Below, piece after piece: positions 58,996-64,000 of a DNA stretch of 64,000 bases (position 1 is the first letter of the stretch; each line of letters starts with the position of its first letter). The stretch is taken from assembly GCA_040954595.2 (NCBI GenBank), contig CM082592.2, forward strand, positions 6,551,531-6,615,530, in the 5' to 3' direction. Made by a program: the position numbers and the translations under genes. The DNA comes from Balanoglossus misakiensis. Taxonomy: Eukaryota; Animalia; Hemichordata. Under the pieces are notes generated by a model that was not told the DNA's origin, ran no database searches, and saw only the letters and a program-made list of their open reading frames with translations.

Positions 58996-61900
58996 ATGGA
59001 TACGTATCAGAGTCTGAGTCGAGCTCAGCTGGATATCAAGTACCTGCATACCAACTCGTGAGTGTCAAGATATGGAAGAAAAGTCAAAGATGGTAGATCA
59101 CACATCGAAGCCCAGATTGTAGAGTGGCTGTGATCGTAGGACAACTCTACAAGAGCTTTTTCATAATGTCGACACATCGCAAATGCGATGCTGGCCACAC
59201 TGTCGACTTTGCACATCTGCAGTTGAATGTTGATCAACAAATCCTCGTCGTTGGAATATTATTCCTCCGACATGATTATGCGATTAACAGTGGCCAGAAA
59301 TTGTTGAATAGGTTCAGCCTACCCTTATGGTTATTAGAATTACGATTTCGACTTATTCAACAGCAATTTGCTTGATGTCGTGATAGTCGTGTATGGTCGT
59401 AATTGGGCAAAGAACCACGTGATTTAACCACCCTCAGGCTAGTGATTTACAATCTATTTTTCGAAGGTCGTGAATATAGACGTGCTTTTGCTACACAATA
59501 GCAAAAACATAATTTGACTAAAAGATATACTACAAGTAGCAAAAATAACGTCATGCCAAGTAATTATTAGGAAAAGTATATATTTTATTATGCAAGCCAA
59601 CTCAAATTTAATATATGTGGGAGTATGTGAAGTAATTGGATTTAAATTCAGACATTTGCCGTAAGATTATGAATGCGTGCCATTTTGACTTCCTAAAGAT
59701 TGACATATAGTGGTAACCAAGTGTGGAGCAGGGTGAACTAACTATTTTCGAAACACCTGTCTTTTTGCCAGAGGTCCATATATTAACATTATTTCTTGGT
59801 TGGGTTGTTGAAATGTCTCAATGGTAAACATGAAATTCATTAATTAAGCTGAGCCCTTTTAAAAAATCTCATGAGTGAACATGTTACTGGTTTTACATGC
59901 TAATGAAGGACTGTTGGTGTGTGTTCTTGTCTGGAGAACTCTCAAAACTGTCACGCCACATTCTGTGGGATTTAAAATATCAAGTCTTATTAGTGCTGTA
60001 ACAGATGCAATTCAGATGACATCTCTTTTCTGACTTGTTGATCAAGAACAGTAACATCAGAAATGATATGATATAATATATCTGTTATTGCACAGATCCA
60101 CAGGCAGACAGACAGACAGAATGGAAATGGGAGTTGACCCCTCTCCCCACCTTACTATTGTTCATAAATATTTACAGACATGTATGTGGAGGAAGTCACA
60201 GCATGTTTATGTTTATTTCTTTTCTTTACCTAAGAACTACCCATGAGTTTCTTTTCGGTGCCTTGGCAGAGCTTTTGGACAATGCCAGGTGAGTGAGGAA
60301 TATTCTTCCATTGTCCTCTCCACTTACACTAATGTTACTGCTGGAAGCCATAATCCAGTACTCCATAATCTTATAGTTGCAGTAACCGACTAATCTTCAC
60401 ATTAAATATGTATGGAACTGAAACTTAAAAGCGGTGTCAGATAGTCAACAGAACTGGTGTACTGTATGGTGTGTTCTTAACCTTTTCACCACCATGCTTT
60501 TGTCTAAGTCCCATTTTCTGGGGGTAAAGTTGGACCTTTATAAGATAAATGGGGTGAAAGGGTTATATACAAAATTGCCCAGTATGTTTGTTAGAATCTA
60601 ACCATGTATTAATATGCAAAACATTTAGTTAAATAAAACAACCTACATATGAGTCAGACATAATGTGTTTCTTATTGCAATGATTGTAATTGCTATTCTG
60701 AATTCGTATGTATGTTGCAGGGATGCAGGTGCCACAAGAATTGAAGTAAATGCAGGTAAGGTTTGGACTCCCACTGACTTGAAACTCAGACTTTGAGAAA
60801 GCAAATACCAAATTCAAAAGTGTAATTGCTATAATACCTAGTTGCATACATTATCTGAATAATATATTTCCTATGTTGCATATTTGCAGTGGAACGTGAA
60901 GAAGTAAGGGGTGGATATATGTTATGTTTTCTTGATGATGGAGAAGGAATGGACCCAGGTATGTGGTGCTTTAATGTCAAACTTTCCTTTGGGGTCACAA
61001 GTCTATTCATATGCAGAAAGGCTGTTTGACACTAAGTAACAAACTTACTGCACACAATACAAAAGTGTTACAATATCTTCAATAATGTAACAAGCCCATG
61101 TCACTCATTTTGACTGGTAGTCCCATTGGTCTCTGCTGGTGCTTATCAAAAGGTACAGTGTAACTAAGTTGGGTCTGCCTGGTGCCTAACCATGGATGGA
61201 GCTTAATTGGAGGATTATGTATACAACAATCAGTCGTGTCTTAAAATATGATTCACCTTGATAACTCTAAAATGACAGGGATAAAATTTGTCATTCGAAT
61301 GGGACTGATATTATTGCTGTCACATTAATCTTTATAACATGTGGAACATGGTTACGCACTCTATTTAAACATCATGGAGCATGGCTAGCTCACTCTTTTT
61401 AACAATCACTATGTTTACCTAATAAGTTATACACCTTCAAGTAATGTCAGATTTTGGAAAAAATGGACAGAAGGTATTAAATTCTCTATAAAATCTTATC
61501 TTGATATGAGATGCAATGTTTATGAAATTGCCAGGTTGAATAGTGTATTTGTAGTGAACTAGAATGGTTGCTGCATTATTTGTTATTTTAACCATTCAGG
61601 GGAAGCTTCAAGCATTATCACATTTGGTAAATCATCTAAACGAGCATTGGACAGCTGTATGATTGGTCAATATGGTAACGGTTTAAAATCGTGAGTATTT
61701 CTGTAGTTTTACTTTTTCTGATAGTTTGTTTATAGGTTGTCAATACATTGTGTATATTCTTATACTGCTCAGTGTCCTTAAATTTTTTTTTTTTGGGGCA
61801 TGTAATGACCTGTACTTTTTTAAATGATGATTGCATTTACATTTGATTATTCTGATTACAAACAAATAAATCATTGAAGAATTTCGTTTTCGGGTCTTGA

Positions 61901-63687
61901 TATTTTTAGTGTTAACATCCCCAATATTCATCTTGCTGCACGCATGTTTTAACCCATTCCGTGCTTTCACAGTGGCTCTATGAGGATCTCCAAGGATCTT
62001 ATTCTGTTCACAAAGAAGGCGGAAACCATGAGTTGCCTATTTCTTTCGAGAACCTTCCACGAAGAAGAGGCAATTGAAGAAGTCATTGTTCCAATTCCAT
62101 CTTTTGACAGTAGTACAAAAACTAGTCTTGCGAGTACAAACAATGAACTTGAAAAGGTATGTTTCCAATTTGAAACTCAAATGGTACAACCACTCCCCAT
62201 GTCAATGTTTTTGAACATTACATGTAGAAGTAATTTCTCTCAAGTTGTCAGACTACCTGAAATACAATTGAATGTAGTTAAGAAATGAAAGTGTACAAAG
62301 TTAATAATATCCACTCAGGTAATGATTTTCTTTTCACCTTGACAATGCTCTTATTCGTAAAGCTATATAGTATTGCTCTATCCATCCAGAAAACATTTCT
62401 TCAAAAATTGTTGATATGAAATCTTCAGGTGTTGCTAATTTACTGATTTGTTATGAACAGCACATGCAAGAATTAGAGTTGATACTGAAGTACTCTCCAT
62501 TCCATACACAAGAGGAGTTTATGGCACAGTTTGACAAGATCACAGGGGAATCAGGTATGTATCTGAGGAATATACAAGAAGGCTATCTATCTGGGGGTAG
62601 ATGTCACCTGTTAACCCTTTCGCAGCCACAATTCAGTCCAAACCCATTGTGTTTCTAAGGTAACGTTGGACCTCTAAAGAAGGAACTGGGGGCTAAAGAA
62701 AAGTTTGTATCAACAGTAATAGAAAAGCATTCCAGATGTACACTTACTTTAAAAAATTAGTATAAACCACAAGTTAGATGTCACAAGGGCTAAGTTGAGT
62801 ATGGCCCCTGGGCATTAGTTTAAATAATTGAGTTACTATGATCAGGTTTCAAATTGAAGTGGGATTGTATTAAAGTCTTAGGTATTGTATGTGATCATTC
62901 TATATCTATATTTAAGAACAAACATCTGTAGTTGTATGGTCACATTCCACTTAAAATGAAAACCTGTGTGCTTATTATTATGGAAATTGACTCATTTAGT
63001 ACCTTTCTAAATTAAAGGTGCTTCCAAAAATAAAACGAAATACGTGACTCATAAAAAATAGTGGTATATTTTTAATTTTATTCATGGAATTTTATTTTTA
63101 AATATCATGAAATATGTCATGGGTTGCTGCAGTGGTATCAATGTTCAGTAATGGTACAGTGTATCATAACTGCCAGATTTGACCAAAGGCTGAACTACTG
63201 AGTGTGAATGATATGATGTTATGTATTCACCTGAGAGGGCCATGGTGTGACACTATCTTTATACTTAAATATAGTGCACATATTGGGGACAGAATTTCAG
63301 ACAAATGACAGTTCTCTAAACCTTTCAATTCTTTGCCATAATATTAAAGTATGTGATTAGTCTTTTAGACATAAAAGAAGAAAATGGGGCGTTCATAGCT
63401 ACTTCAATTTTTCTCCATAGTGTTAAATACAGATTGGCGGCCATTTTGATTTGGCGGCCATTTTGAATTACAAATTTGCTGTCTCCTGATACAGTATACA
63501 TGCCGGATGCAGTGCCAGTTTTCACATCAGTGCACATTTTTATCCCCACACGTTTTCCAGGCACACTAGTAGTACTTTACAACCTGAAGGTACTTGATAA
63601 TGGAGATCCTGAGCTCGATATTAAGACAGACACTAAAGACATTTTGATGGCAAACCCATACTATGTTGAAGGTCAAAATGATGACAG
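58996..63687 (+). CDS. MORC2: MORC2-like GHKL ATPase, first 8 coding exons; gene continues beyond the window
   Basis: Exons: 58996-59057, 60235-60288, 60721-60755, 60890-60958, 61600-61690, 61973-62156, 62461-62554, 63561-63687, with consistent phases. Translation: [109 protein letters not shown]. This is the MORC2-type N-terminus. Confidence 0.95.
60481..60562 (-). mobile_element. piggyBac-like MITE, copy 4 (MORC2 intron, inverted)
   Basis: TTAA|CCTTTTCACCACCATG...TGGACCTTTATA...ATGGGGTGAAAGGG|TTAT is the reverse complement of the family. Confidence 0.7.
62615..62700 (-). mobile_element. piggyBac-like MITE, copy 5 (MORC2 intron, inverted, diverged)
   Basis: TTAA|CCCTTTCGCAGCCAC..GTCCAAACCCATTGTGTTTCTAAGGTAACGTTGGACCT..GGAACTGGGGG. 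Confidence 0.6.
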
Positions 63688-64000
63688 GTAAGTCGGTGAT
63701 GGGCAGCCTTTAATATAGCTCATGGATGGACTAACAGTTTTGGGGGCTGGGATATTATTATATTGCTCAATCTAGCTCAGTGGACTATATAATTGTTGGA
63801 CTAAAATATTGGCTGGAAGTCAAGTGGGAATTTTTTTTCTCCAAACAGTGGATGTTTAATGTGCAGTTGACTGCATCCACAGTTTTCAGGAATTAGGCCA
63901 CCCCACTTGGTTTCTTTATTTGGAGCAGTTGAAAAAACAGACTGCTCTATTTGCAGCATGATTTATGTGGAGTTATATTGCTCTCACAATAGGGACTATT

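Noticed and set aside
36700-58996. Splice acceptors just upstream of several start codons (SL trans-splicing/operon idea)
   Set aside because: Plausible cis donors and CpG-rich promoters exist upstream (34917, ~35361, ~47811, 49814), so ordinary 5'UTR introns suffice. 5' RACE would settle it.

Overview
Intron-containing animal genomic DNA (GT-AG introns; probably an invertebrate deuterostome such as a hemichordate, which is inferred only from protein similarity and repeat style). The window has two halves. (1) Positions ~1-26,100 are CpG-rich and contain no recognisable protein gene. They carry enhancer-like stretches, MITEs and a ~2.8-kb foldback element (19301-22125). The foldback's inverted arms are built from a GAAGGA core spaced 31 or 10 bp apart. 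A Harbinger MITE is inserted in the inner left arm and a decayed Penelope-type RT fragment sits in the loop. (2) Positions ~26,100-64,000 form a compact cluster with CpG-depleted gene bodies. Its genes were spliced by hand with consistent exon phases: coronin (-), SETD6 (+), PELO (-), NLE1 (-), MRPL18 (+), TMEM248 (+) and the 5' part of MORC2 (+, runs off the window). Harbinger-, Kolobok- and piggyBac-type MITEs and several microsatellites are also present. No rRNA, tRNA or CRISPR array was found. All coordinates were counted by eye and no database search was run.
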